Positions 19,862 to 30,441 of a stretch of DNA of 64,000 bases are shown here, piece by piece; within the stretch, counting starts at the first letter, position 1, and each line of letters starts with the position of its first letter. Made by a program: the position numbers and the translations under genes. Under the pieces are notes generated by a model that made no database searches, was not told where the DNA came from, and saw only the letters and a list, made by a program, of their open reading frames with translations. Location: NCBI GenBank assembly GCA_011364975.1, contig RDOE01000002.1, positions 1 to 64,000 of the forward strand, given 5' to 3'. The stretch is from Promethearchaeota archaeon. GTDB taxonomy: Archaea; Asgardarchaeota; Lokiarchaeia; Sigyniarchaeales; SOKP01.

Positions 19862-20081
19862 AGTCTTGTTCCTAGAGATGCAATATTAATTTAAATTTTG
19901 TTTTAATGGATTTAAAATTTACTTATAAAATTACTTTAAGAATTTGGTTAGATTGCATAAAGATATTTTATTTTATAAATCATTTTATAAAAAGCATTAA
20001 TAACTAAAAAGAATGATTTTGTTCTTACTTAATAGAATTAAGTTCCTAATTTTAAAGCATGAATATCTTGAAAATAAAAAA

Positions 20082-21044
20082 CTAAGTTAGACTCGTAAAT
20101 AGGTTAATGATAAATATAATTATGGTGTATCCAATAAATCCGATTAAGAAATATAATGGTTTTCCCTTTTCTTTCTCAGGAATAACTTCTCTTACCACAG
20201 TATACAGGATTACTCCCGAAATAAATGAATAGAGAATATAAAATAATTCGGTATACTCAAAATAGAATAATTCCAATAATAAACCTATTATTACCCCCAT
20301 TAATGTAGCAAAAGATAGGAGAAATTTTTTAACCTGGTTCTGTTCAATATCATATGTTTCATATATTTCTAAATCCGTAAATATAATATGAGCTTCAGAT
20401 CTTTTTGTAATGATTGCCCTAAACCAAGCAAAAATGAAGAAAAGGATGCCAGGAATGAGATTAATAGTTAAAAGTCCCACTACAATTATTCCAACTAGTA
20501 AATGATAGGTAAAATTGGTAAAAAATCGTAAATTTCCAAGATCTTCATTAATACGGTTTTGAATTTTGGTTTTATACTTATCAATTTCTTTCTTTATGTC
20601 CACTTCTTGTTCATTTAATGTAGTTATAGTTCGTGCAAGATCTTTTAATGCAGACGGCTCTAAATCTTCATTATTAATTTCTCTTGTAAGAGTTTGTTCC
20701 ATATTTTTTTCAACTTCTTCTAAGGTCTTTTCTTTTATCAATAATTTTCTCATCCTCTTCTGAGATCTTAATTCAACTTTTTGCAGAATAAGCTTTTCAG
20801 TAATGTGAACAAAGGCAAATCCAATAACTACATATAAAAATTCAAAGAGTTTTAGATTTAATGGATAATCTGGTTGATTTTCAGAGATTTCTGGGAGTAA
20901 TACCAAAAAAAAGTAAGCAATTGAGATACCTGCGATAAACGAAACATGTAATTGAGGGTGTTTATGTTCAAAAAAATCAACAATAAAAAATAAACTAGCA
21001 AAAATAAGAGATAAGCAAATTATTAAGAAGTAATTTGTACTCAT
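20082..21044 (-). CDS. ZIP-like membrane protein with a coiled-coil insertion
   Basis: SFIAGISIAYFFLVLLPEI and FISGVILYTVVREVIPE resemble ZIP TM2 and TM7. Confidence 0.6.
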   Translation of the reverse strand: MSTNYFLIICLSLIFASLFFIVDFFEHKHPQLHVSFIAGISIAYFFLVLLPEISENQPDYPLNLKLFEFLYVVIGFAFVHITEKLILQKVELRSQKRMRKLLIKEKTLEEVEKNMEQTLTREINNEDLEPSALKDLARTITTLNEQEVDIKKEIDKYKTKIQNRINEDLGNLRFFTNFTYHLLVGIIVVGLLTINLIPGILFFIFAWFRAIITKRSEAHIIFTDLEIYETYDIEQNQVKKFLLSFATLMGVIIGLLLELFYFEYTELFYILYSFISGVILYTVVREVIPEKEKGKPLYFLIGFIGYTIIIFIINLFTSLT

Positions 21045-21160
21045 TAGATAAAGGTATAGAGCTTTAACTTTTTAAATTTTTCAAAAAGCGTCTAAAAAAT
21101 TAATAATTCTTTATGTCTTTTTAAAATACAACGAAAAAATATATTTTAAGGTTAGAGTTT

Positions 21161-22057
21161 ATGGATTTTTTAATTTTACATTCATCAGAAGATAACGCTT
21201 CAATGAATATACGAGAAAGATTTTTAAATTCGATGCAATATCAGTTCCAAGAGACACATTTGACTATTAATAATCAACAGTTAATTGAATTAAAAGGGAA
21301 AAGGTTTGACCTAGATATGGAGAATCGTATTTATTTAGGATTAGTCGATGTTCCACTAATTTTTTTAGAAGATTTAAGTTTTAGCAATAATAAATTTCTA
21401 CCCGACTTGCTAATCTTTGCTAGTAGACATCGATCAGAAACTGCTCGTCCTGCATTCTTAGTGCATTCTACTGGTAATTGGACCGCAGATACGGAGTTTG
21501 GAGGAAAACCTTTTCAATTATCTAAAACAAGTGCTTTATTGCTTAAGGCGGGTTTTATTGCATTAGCACAACAATTCAAAGTTTCAAATTTAAATAAATT
21601 TGTAATTGATCTTGAGGTAACTCACCATGGTCCAACAGCTTTAAAAATCCCGTTAATATTTATGGAATTAGGGAGTAGTGATAGTGAGTGGGTAATTAAG
21701 GAAGCGGGAGAGTTAGTCTCAAAAGCTATAGTTAATGCAATTGAGAAATATATTGAATTAAGAGAAAGAAAAACCCAATTAGTCGGTTTAGGATTTGGAG
21801 GGACTCATTATGCGCCCAACTTTAGTCGAATACTATCGAATAACGATATCGCATTGTCTTTTATTTGTCCAAAATATTTTATATTGAATCTAAATTACGA
21901 TATGATAAAAAACATGATTAATAACACTTTAGAACCTGTTGATTATTTCATTATTGATTGGAAAGGAACTAGTTCGGATGATAAGAAACATCTAATTCCA
22001 CTACTAGAAGAATTTGATAAACCAATAGTAAAAACTAAGGATTTTAAATCAGATTAA
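21161..22057 (+). CDS. dtdA: D-aminoacyl-tRNA deacylase (archaeal DTD2)
   Basis: FASRHRS, VHSTGN, EVTHHGPT, ELGS..EW, GFGGTHYAPNF, IDWK. Confidence 0.93.
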   Translation: MDFLILHSSEDNASMNIRERFLNSMQYQFQETHLTINNQQLIELKGKRFDLDMENRIYLGLVDVPLIFLEDLSFSNNKFLPDLLIFASRHRSETARPAFLVHSTGNWTADTEFGGKPFQLSKTSALLLKAGFIALAQQFKVSNLNKFVIDLEVTHHGPTALKIPLIFMELGSSDSEWVIKEAGELVSKAIVNAIEKYIELRERKTQLVGLGFGGTHYAPNFSRILSNNDIALSFICPKYFILNLNYDMIKNMINNTLEPVDYFIIDWKGTSSDDKKHLIPLLEEFDKPIVKTKDFKSD

Positions 22058-22080
22058 GGATTAAAATTTCTAATTAAATA

Positions 22081-22947
22081 TTATGACGCTTCTTTTATTT
22101 TTTGATAATAATTAACTAAGTTCTTAAAAACATAATGAGATGCAACATAGCCTTGTGTTGCTGCTTTTAATAATATATCATTCAAATAATCACTTTCTTT
22201 AATATCTTTATCAACAGTAACATTCAATTCTCTTATATTATAATAACTTCTCCAAAAAAGAGTTGGCCATTCAACCAATGGACGAATAGTTTGATTATAC
22301 ACTAACATAGCATCTGCAGAAAGAGCTAATTCGAGATTAAGATCATAATAAAAATATCTACCTCGTCTAGTTTTGTTTAGGAATCCATCATTAACAATAT
22401 CATCTAATATATTTTTAAGTTCAGCAAGTTCTATTTCAATTTTTACTTTCTTCATATTTTCAAGTATATCAATATCTTTCTGACCCTTTAATTTAATCAT
22501 CGTATAATTTCTTGCTAGGATATTAAATTTTAATGGCACTGTTTCATGATCGAGTTGATTATATTGAATTAAATTTCCAAGAATTTCTTTGGCTACTAGA
22601 TACTTTAAGATTAATTGATCATGATCATTAAAGTCTCTTTTAAACTCTGTAGAATCCTTAAAGTAGTGGTTATATAGCGTATTAAGAAGGCTTCTAATTG
22701 AATTGAAACCATCTTCGAAAGAAAGTCTAACAGTATCAAGAATGTTAATTCTATAGTCAATTTCATTTAAAAATTTATCTTTAAGCACAGGAATTTGACG
22801 AACTAAATGTGGAGTTTGGTTTAGAGAAGTTAAATTCTCATCCCATTCTTTCTTGAAGCGGTAAGATTGCGTTTTTGCAATGCCTGAAAGTTTATATACT
22901 ACTTCATATAATTTTTGTAAAAATATCTCACCACTGACATTGGTCAT
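22081..22947 (-). CDS. Hypothetical protein (helical, with a possible winged-helix segment)
   Basis: 288-aa ORF; LKNILDDIVNDGFLNKTRRGRYFYY resembles a wHTH wing. Confidence 0.65.
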   Translation of the reverse strand: MTNVSGEIFLQKLYEVVYKLSGIAKTQSYRFKKEWDENLTSLNQTPHLVRQIPVLKDKFLNEIDYRINILDTVRLSFEDGFNSIRSLLNTLYNHYFKDSTEFKRDFNDHDQLILKYLVAKEILGNLIQYNQLDHETVPLKFNILARNYTMIKLKGQKDIDILENMKKVKIEIELAELKNILDDIVNDGFLNKTRRGRYFYYDLNLELALSADAMLVYNQTIRPLVEWPTLFWRSYYNIRELNVTVDKDIKESDYLNDILLKAATQGYVASHYVFKNLVNYYQKIKEAS

Positions 22948-23141
22948 ATGATAATATCCTACCTTAAAGTATCAAATAATACTCAATTAATAATTATTAA
23001 ACTCTAAAGGCTTTTAAACTTTCATTTAGACTATTTAAAATTATCAAAATTCAAGGAAGTATTGTAGATTAGATCAATTATTAATATAAAAAAATCCTTT
23101 TCTGTAAATAATGCTCATAATATTTTATTGAACAACTCAAG

Positions 23142-23525
23142 ATGCGAATTGAACATATTGCGATTGCTTCTAAATCAGAAGAGGAAAGTGAAGAATTCTT
23201 TTCTAAATTATTAGGTCTTAAGAAGATTAGAGAATTTGTAATATCAGCAGATTTAACGGAACAGTTTTTTAATGTGCATAAAGATCAGAAGATTATTAGA
23301 TATAGTAATAATGAAATGGAAGTAGAAGTCTTCATAACAGATGATGAAAGTAGAAAAAAAGATATTTATACCCATACATGCATAATTGTGAAGGATAAAA
23401 TGAAGTTGATAGAAAAAGCGGATTTAATGGGGTATAATGTAATCAAAGTAGCTCGAAAAGGTAATGATGATTTTTACTTATTTCTTAAAGATAAATTTGG
23501 AAATTTATATGAGATAAAATCATAG
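23142..23525 (+). CDS. VOC/glyoxalase family protein
   Basis: IEHIAI, FFSKLLGL, FLKDKFGNLYEI. Confidence 0.85.
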   Translation: MRIEHIAIASKSEEESEEFFSKLLGLKKIREFVISADLTEQFFNVHKDQKIIRYSNNEMEVEVFITDDESRKKDIYTHTCIIVKDKMKLIEKADLMGYNVIKVARKGNDDFYLFLKDKFGNLYEIKS

Positions 23526-23605
23526 TAAAACTTATTAGATTAGTTTAGTATTTTTAGCATTGATATTAATTTTTCATGCTCACTATTGTATGGAGTGGAT
23601 GTCAA

Positions 23606-24409
23606 TTGCCTAAACAATTTAAACTTAAGCTTGTATTAGGTGGAGCTAAAGGATCAGGTAAGACTTCATTCATTAGTGGAAATTATAAAGAAGATACACC
23701 AATCGGTGTTTCATTCGAATCAATTGAATGTTATGCAAATCAGGGAGATTTGTATAAATTTGTAATATGGGATCTGAAAGATAAACCAAGATTTGAATTT
23801 CTATTTCCTCTTTTTTGTCGTGGTGCATGTGCTGGGCTTCTATGTTTTGATATTAATGATCAACAATCATTTTATGATTTAAAAAGATGGATAAAGTTAT
23901 TGAGAGATGTAGTTGTTGACATTCCGATAATAATAATAGGTACTAAATTAGATTTAGGTAAAGAAAAAGTTAGTGATGAAGAAATTGATGAATTATTAGT
24001 AAGTGAAAATCTTGAAGATGTTTTTTTTGTCTCTCGTTTCAACCTCCCCGAAAAAAGAGAAGAAATTTTTAAACGAATTGTACAAATCATCGATAAGGAT
24101 TATTATATACGTGAATTTTATATTCCAAATTATATAGATGATCAAGAATTTAAAAATTTAGAACATTTATTCGATCACTGTCCTATATGTAAAAAGAAGA
24201 ACCATGGAAGTGGAGAATTGAGAAATATATTCTTTAATAGAAATAATCCTTTTACAATGAGATTTAGAGAGAGTTTATTAAGACTAATAGATAACATTGA
24301 TATTCTGAACATTGCCTATCCTAATAAAATATCATTAGGAATTCCTTGTTGTGATTGCTATAAAAAGATCTTTAATGAAAATCCAAGATCTTTAATCAAT
24401 AATCCCTGA
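23606..24409 (+). CDS. Rab-like small GTPase with a C-terminal Cys4 (Zn-binding) extension
   Basis: GGAKGSGKTS (G1), IGVSF, IWDLKD (altered G3), FCRGA, GTKLD (G4), then CPIC...CCDC. TTG start at 23606 is likely (ATG 23576 possible). Confidence 0.82.
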   Translation: MPKQFKLKLVLGGAKGSGKTSFISGNYKEDTPIGVSFESIECYANQGDLYKFVIWDLKDKPRFEFLFPLFCRGACAGLLCFDINDQQSFYDLKRWIKLLRDVVVDIPIIIIGTKLDLGKEKVSDEEIDELLVSENLEDVFFVSRFNLPEKREEIFKRIVQIIDKDYYIREFYIPNYIDDQEFKNLEHLFDHCPICKKKNHGSGELRNIFFNRNNPFTMRFRESLLRLIDNIDILNIAYPNKISLGIPCCDCYKKIFNENPRSLINNP

Positions 24410-24808
24410 AGCCTTTATAATATGGTAATGATCAAATGCTAATGTTAAGGAAGAAAGCTTTTTTAATGGAATAATTTCAATACTTTTAGCATCATCTTTT
24501 GCTTTTGGATTTTCATCCATACTCGAAGGTTTGCATAAAAATGCAATGGAGATATTATGCCCCCGTGGATCACGTTTAGGATCAGAAAATACACCGATTA
24601 GATTAATTATTTTAATATGAATGTTTGTCTCTTCATATGTTTCTCTAATACACGCTTCTTCAACAGTTTCTCCAATATCGACAAATCCTCCAGGTAATGC
24701 TAATACTCCTTTAAACGGATCATTTTTTCTATGAATTAAAACAATTGAATTATTCTCATATATGATTACAGCATCAACTGTGACTAATGGAGTTTTAGGC
24801 ATTGGCAT
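24392..24808 (-). CDS. NUDIX hydrolase
   Basis: LPGGFVDIGETVEEACIRETYEET Nudix box; RDPRGH. Confidence 0.92.
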   Translation of the reverse strand: MPMPKTPLVTVDAVIIYENNSIVLIHRKNDPFKGVLALPGGFVDIGETVEEACIRETYEETNIHIKIINLIGVFSDPKRDPRGHNISIAFLCKPSSMDENPKAKDDAKSIEIIPLKKLSSLTLAFDHYHIIKASGIID

Positions 24809-24834
24809 GATAGTTTTACTGGTTTGGTATTAGT

Positions 24835-25656
24835 TTATTCATCCCATACTTCTGAAGTTAATAAATGTTCTATTCGTGTTCTTCGAGGTCTTACAAATTT
24901 TGTTAAGCCTTCTCTACGTTCTAGTAGTAAATTTTTTTCAAGATTAGTAGAGTTTACCATATATACTTCCAAATCTCCCTTTTCAAGAAATATATGATTG
25001 AAACATGGAGAATCATTTGCTCTTACTTTATTCGAAGTAGAGGTGCCACAGTATAAGAATATTGTATCAGTTCTATTATTATCAAAAATATAAGCATGCG
25101 GTACATGACGATGACCCATTAATACTAAGTCCACTTCAAATAATTGGGTTAATTCAAGTATTTCACCTGCATCTCTTACAGTTGTAAACTTCTGACCGGA
25201 TAAAGGAGGAGGAATTAAATGGTGATGCAATGCAAGTATTCTATTTTCTAGGTTTTTATTAAAACATCTTCCTGTGAAATCTAGTTGTTCATCACCAATC
25301 ATACCTTCACTCATATCATCCCTTGCAGAGCAGATTCCTACTAATATGGTATCTTTATCATCTAATAACATTCTCGAACGGCGTGGCCCTATAATTTTTT
25401 CATAATAAACCAAACCTGAGTTTTTTGCGTCGTGATTTCCAGGAACAGCTACAAATCTAGTAATCTCTCTTATTTTCTGAATGTAGGGAAGAATTGCCTT
25501 AAATTCTTTTATTCTTCCTTTATGAACAAGATCTCCAGTACAAATGACAACATCTGGTTTTGCATCCTCTATATATTTAATGATATTATCAAAATATTCT
25601 CCTACAAATTCACTTCCATAATGTAAATCACTTATATGAATAATTTCAACCATCAT
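24835..25656 (-). CDS. Metallophosphoesterase (calcineurin-like)
   Basis: SDLH, TGDL, PGNHD, HHH, GHRH. Confidence 0.92.
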   Translation of the reverse strand: MMVEIIHISDLHYGSEFVGEYFDNIIKYIEDAKPDVVICTGDLVHKGRIKEFKAILPYIQKIREITRFVAVPGNHDAKNSGLVYYEKIIGPRRSRMLLDDKDTILVGICSARDDMSEGMIGDEQLDFTGRCFNKNLENRILALHHHLIPPPLSGQKFTTVRDAGEILELTQLFEVDLVLMGHRHVPHAYIFDNNRTDTIFLYCGTSTSNKVRANDSPCFNHIFLEKGDLEVYMVNSTNLEKNLLLERREGLTKFVRPRRTRIEHLLTSEVWDE

Positions 25657-25922
25657 ATACCATCTCTAAAATAAAATTCACTTAAATTTAATCTTAATTT
25701 AATTTACAAACTTTTTTTTTGTTATTCTTATTGTTAAATCTTGTTCTTCTATGAACGATTATCTAAATAAATAATAATAAGTTCTATATTTAAAATATTT
25801 TTAATTTTCGAAAGAACCAAGTATAAATTATTAAAGTGGTCCCAATAGAAGAAAAATTAAATAGTTTTTATAAAATAATATAGAATGTTCTACTAAATAA
25901 AAATTTCTTAAAAAGAGTTCAA

Positions 25923-26090
25923 TTAATTCTCAATATATATCTCTTTATTCAAAAAAATGTTGGTTTTTCGGATTTGCGAGATTTTTAGGAGATTCCTCCT
26001 ATCTTGACAATCTACACATATATCTTCGAGTTTCAACCATTTAAATTGCTTACATTCTGGGCAGTAAAATTCTTTAAATATTAATTTCAT
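25923..26090 (-). CDS. Small zinc-finger-like protein (55 aa; absent from the ORF track)
   Basis: MKLIFKEFYCPECKQFKWLKLEDICVDCQDRRNLLKISQIRKTNIFLNKEIYIEN* with two CxxC pairs. Confidence 0.65.
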   Translation of the reverse strand: MKLIFKEFYCPECKQFKWLKLEDICVDCQDRRNLLKISQIRKTNIFLNKEIYIEN

Positions 26091-26380
26091 TTAATTTTTT
26101 CACCTAAATTTGTAATAAATTAATTATTTTGTTAATATCTTGATTAATGTGATTTAAAAAATAGTCAATTGAAGCTTCAGGCCGTGTAGAATATATTTCT
26201 TCTTAAAGAACTAAATACTCTAGTTTCTGCTTTATTAAGGTATTTAATATTACTTCAAACAATATATAGACGTTATCATTAGTTTAATCTTATGTTAAAT
26301 TAGGAGATAAGTAAATAAAAAAACTTACTTTATACTATATATTATCTATATTGAAATATATATAGTATATACTAAGAACT

Positions 26381-29335
26381 CTAGATCTTTAATTCATCTT
26401 GGATTGATTTTATAACTCGATTTAAGGAAATTTTTTTGTTTTCAATAAAACCTTGGCCGTAATCCTTACGACCTCCGCCCTTGCCATCAAATTTTTCTGA
26501 AACATTCTTAATTAAATCACCAATATCCAGAGTAAGGTTTTCAGCAACTTTTTTACCTAACATACCCATTATAAGTATTCCGCTCTTGGTTTTATCAATA
26601 AATATGGTGATTAATTCATTAGAATTTTTATGTAATTTTTTGCCTAAATTTTGAAGCTCTTTCTGGGATATATCCTCAAAATGCTGAATTATCAATTTAA
26701 ATCCCTTATAATCTTTTGAATTTTCAATTAGTTCATTAAGGAAATCATCACTAAGAAGATCCTTCATATATTTTAATTTTTCTTTTGCCTGACTCCATTC
26801 ATAATGAAAGTTTTGTATTCGATTATAAATATCATCTTCTTTAACCCCTAAAATTGTGGTTAATTCTTTTATAATTTCTCCCCTAAATGTCTCTTTCGAA
26901 TTTAAAATTAAATCCTGCTTAGATATAGTGCCAGTTTCTAAAGCTTTATTGAGATTTTTCCACTTTTCAATAAGTTCTTTTACTCTACCAACTACTTGAT
27001 CTTTTGGAACTTGTAATAATGCTATTAATCGTCCTAAAAGTTCAGTTTGTTGGTCTACAATTTCATCAGTAGCTTTACCTGCAGTGAACGTTAATCTAAC
27101 TACTCCATCAGAAATTTTCTGTGATTTAATTATTTTTATTGTTCCCGCTTCTGACGTATTATTTAAATGAGTTCCACCACATGCCTCTACATCTAATCCA
27201 GGGATTTCAACGATCCGAAGATACTTACCGGGTACAGCACCGCCTTGATAGATTGACATACCATATCTCTGTTCAGCTTCAGCACGTGGTATAAAATCTA
27301 AGTGTAAGTCAATCTTTTTATTTACTATCTCATTTGCTCGGTTTTCTATTTCTTTCAATTTATCATATGGGATCTGCTCATAATGAGTAATATCCAGATT
27401 AGAATTATCCAAGGTTTTTTTTGCTCCTGCTTGGTTTATATGAGACCCTAATATTTCTCTTGCTGCTGCATTGACAATATGAGTAGCTGTATGATGTTGA
27501 GAAAGTTGGGTTCTCCATTCCTTGTCCACTTGAATTTCTACTGTATCTCCTTCATTAAATTTAGGTTTCTCATCCAAAACATGGATGACATGATTACCTT
27601 GTTTAAATACATCACTGAACTTTTGATTGTTGATAGTTCCGATGTCATGTAATTGTCCTCCAGAGGTAGGATAAGCCACAGACTGATCCAGAACTACAAA
27701 ATTATTGATAATCTTTAAAACTCGAGCTTTATTATTCGTTTCGTTATAATTGTAATAATAAAGCGATTTTGTCTCTGGGATGTTTTTTAAATCTAAATTG
27801 ATTAGTTTTTCAGTTGCATATATCCGTTCTCCTTGTTCATGTCGCTCCACAACTAAACTATAAAAATTGTCCGGTATTCTTACTTTTTTTCCATACTTCG
27901 TTGCAACTTCTTTAACCATCTCAGGATTGATCCCTTTTGAATCATATAATTCGATTAATTTATCTTCATTAATCATCCCTTCAGAAAGTAATTTTTCGAG
28001 AAGTGTACTTGCCTTTTTCTTTGTCTTATAATACTTACTTTTTTCAACATCTAAAATACTCCGAACTTCATCTAAATGCTCTGAAACTTCAGGAAAAAGG
28101 TCTTGTAACTCTTCCGCATGCCATTCACACACGTTAGCTATATCTATATTCCACTTAAATTCGTCAATGAAACCAATTGCCCGTCTAAAAATCACCCTTA
28201 AATTATATCCGCCCCCAACGTTGGAAGGTAATTTACCATCATTTATCGCAAACAAAAGACTCCTAGCATGCTCTGCAATTGAATATAATGCAGTCATAGG
28301 CAACATTTTCGCTTTTAAGATATCTACTTCCATGTTTAACTTTTTTCCTACCTTTGCCCAAGCTTCATCAAGGTTATCCACCTCATCTATATTCAAATAA
28401 GCAGAATATTTTGAAAATTCACTATACAAATTATAATCTAACTTTATGTTTGTAATGGATTTTAATTTGGATAAAACGCCTGGAAACGTCGCTTCATAGA
28501 TGTTGGGGGTACCTTGAGAGAACCATGCAACCCGTTCTTGACCTAACCCCATATCTAATACTTTTAATCCCAACTCTTTTGGGCCTTGAGGTGTTTGCTC
28601 GAACATAGTATATACTTGATTGAAAAGTTCAACGCCTCTGCTAAAGAACTCAAGACTGCACCCAAAAGATCCTCCCCCAGCCCAGGAATCTTCATGGATA
28701 GTTATTTCTTCTTTGGGTAATCCTACTCCTTTATGAATGAAATCATGAATATCTAGAAAAAACTGGTCTTGATCCCATTCTTCTGGAGTGCCGAAAAAAT
28801 GCTGTCCGATCATTACGAATCCGGTATTATGTGAAAATGTCACACCTACGTTTTCGATATCATTAAAACGCAAACAAAATTGAGGAATTATTAATTTTTT
28901 TGCAGGGGGCTCGATTTCACCGGTAATTACATAGGGTTGAAAGGCAGATATGGATGCAATTGTAAATTCTGAGGTAGGATTCCATCGAGCTACACAAGGA
29001 TAGCGTTTTATAGGCATATATCCCCTTGGTTCAAGAATTTCAACAATTTTTTTCCAAACTTCTACATAACTTAATTTAATAGGAGAAGGATTGTTAATAA
29101 CTACTTGAAATCCACCCGAACACACTGGATCTCCACAAACATCTCTTTCCTTTAAAGTAGTCCAGAAAAAAACTCCACATATTTTACACTGTTTCCTCAT
29201 ATAACCTAGTTTTTTTAGTTCTTGCGTAGGAAAGTATTCATCAGGATTTTTTGAAGCAATAGATTTAAAAACTTTTTTTAGTTCTTTATCAGTTCGAGCT
29301 CCTTTGAGCTTATCCTTGTCTTTATTAGTTAGCAT
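26381..29335 (-). CDS. alaS: Alanine--tRNA ligase (archaeal type)
   Basis: N-terminal CKIC..FWT; IASISAFQP; QFCLRFND; DMGLGQER; editing motifs HHTATH and CGGTH; C-Ala GKGGG. Confidence 0.96.
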   Translation of the reverse strand: MLTNKDKDKLKGARTDKELKKVFKSIASKNPDEYFPTQELKKLGYMRKQCKICGVFFWTTLKERDVCGDPVCSGGFQVVINNPSPIKLSYVEVWKKIVEILEPRGYMPIKRYPCVARWNPTSEFTIASISAFQPYVITGEIEPPAKKLIIPQFCLRFNDIENVGVTFSHNTGFVMIGQHFFGTPEEWDQDQFFLDIHDFIHKGVGLPKEEITIHEDSWAGGGSFGCSLEFFSRGVELFNQVYTMFEQTPQGPKELGLKVLDMGLGQERVAWFSQGTPNIYEATFPGVLSKLKSITNIKLDYNLYSEFSKYSAYLNIDEVDNLDEAWAKVGKKLNMEVDILKAKMLPMTALYSIAEHARSLLFAINDGKLPSNVGGGYNLRVIFRRAIGFIDEFKWNIDIANVCEWHAEELQDLFPEVSEHLDEVRSILDVEKSKYYKTKKKASTLLEKLLSEGMINEDKLIELYDSKGINPEMVKEVATKYGKKVRIPDNFYSLVVERHEQGERIYATEKLINLDLKNIPETKSLYYYNYNETNNKARVLKIINNFVVLDQSVAYPTSGGQLHDIGTINNQKFSDVFKQGNHVIHVLDEKPKFNEGDTVEIQVDKEWRTQLSQHHTATHIVNAAAREILGSHINQAGAKKTLDNSNLDITHYEQIPYDKLKEIENRANEIVNKKIDLHLDFIPRAEAEQRYGMSIYQGGAVPGKYLRIVEIPGLDVEACGGTHLNNTSEAGTIKIIKSQKISDGVVRLTFTAGKATDEIVDQQTELLGRLIALLQVPKDQVVGRVKELIEKWKNLNKALETGTISKQDLILNSKETFRGEIIKELTTILGVKEDDIYNRIQNFHYEWSQAKEKLKYMKDLLSDDFLNELIENSKDYKGFKLIIQHFEDISQKELQNLGKKLHKNSNELITIFIDKTKSGILIMGMLGKKVAENLTLDIGDLIKNVSEKFDGKGGGRKDYGQGFIENKKISLNRVIKSIQDELKI

Positions 29336-29574
29336 TTTATTTCAAGAGGATGTATTATATCTAACCATTTACTATTGAATGATAAAATCAATATTCTCCT
29401 ATAATTTTTTCTTTAAATTTTAAAAATTTCACTTAAGCATGAAATGTATGGGTTTTATTTCATATGAAATATCTGACTAAAACGTAAAAGAATTTAAAAG
29501 AATTTATCATATCTTGCTTTACCCATTAATATTTTAAAATTTAAAACAAAATAAATAGATAGGTGAAATTCCAA

Positions 29575-29871
29575 ATGGTTTACGTAATGAGTATTGTTAA
29601 ATATCCTCCTCATATCGCTAAAGAATTAATTAAGTTTTATGTTTCAGGTAAAGCTCCAAAATACCCTGATTTCGTAAAGAGAACTCATCAATGGGTCGTT
29701 TCGGATTACCATTATAAGACTTACAACATATATGAAATACCGAAGGATAAATTATATGAGGGAATTAAGGGTATAGCTAAGCGTCTTTCTGCTTTCACTG
29801 AATTTGAAGGATACGTTTATAAAGTTATCCCATTAATGGAAGGTCCAGAAGCTATGGAAATGATAAAATAA
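29575..29871 (+). CDS. Hypothetical protein
   Basis: GGTGA RBS then ATG at 29575; T-tract after the stop. Confidence 0.65.
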   Translation: MVYVMSIVKYPPHIAKELIKFYVSGKAPKYPDFVKRTHQWVVSDYHYKTYNIYEIPKDKLYEGIKGIAKRLSAFTEFEGYVYKVIPLMEGPEAMEMIK

Positions 29872-29887
29872 TTTTTTTCTTTTTTTT

Positions 29888-30325
29888 TTATAATTCTAAT
29901 ATTTGAAAGCGTGAAAATCCTCTTTGAGCCATACTATAATCAAGAAATTCAATCTTTTCAGGTATTATTTTTAAAATAAGTTGTCTTTTTCCAAAGACTA
30001 TTTTTTGTGCATGTTCAAATTCGGAATCTCCTTCTTTTAAAAAAATTAATCTATTTTTTCCCGTTGCAGTAATTTGCATTCCCTGAATCTTACCTGTATC
30101 CATTGGTGTGTAAATTCCTATACTTACAATTGGATTTTCTTCGATATTTTTTACTTTCCTTCCGGGAGTGGGTCCTACATAAATATTAAAATTATTATCC
30201 CCTTCTTCCATGTAAAAATCCATTGGTGTAGCTCTTGGAATATTATTTGAGGAAGTACATAGCACCAATACTTTTCGTTGGTTTAAAAATTGGCGAATTT
30301 CTTTTTTTAATTGCTCTTCTGGCAT
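29888..30325 (-). CDS. Pyridoxamine 5'-phosphate oxidase-like FMN/F420-binding split-barrel protein
   Basis: LVLCTS..NIPRATPMDF, RKVKNIEENP.VS, GMQITA. Confidence 0.82.
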   Translation of the reverse strand: MPEEQLKKEIRQFLNQRKVLVLCTSSNNIPRATPMDFYMEEGDNNFNIYVGPTPGRKVKNIEENPIVSIGIYTPMDTGKIQGMQITATGKNRLIFLKEGDSEFEHAQKIVFGKRQLILKIIPEKIEFLDYSMAQRGFSRFQILEL

Positions 30326-30441
30326 CTTTTTAGCTATATTAATTCACCCATATTAATTATATGATTAAAAATAAGGTAACCTAGTTAAAAAATTAATCCT
30401 ATTAAAAAATGATGGTGAAGAATGTTAATTGATTGAAAATT

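Noticed and set aside
25657-26380. Possible ncRNA or tRNA in the long intergenic gap
   Set aside because: Very AT-rich with no GC-rich stems or cloverleaf; partly explained by the small Zn-finger ORF.
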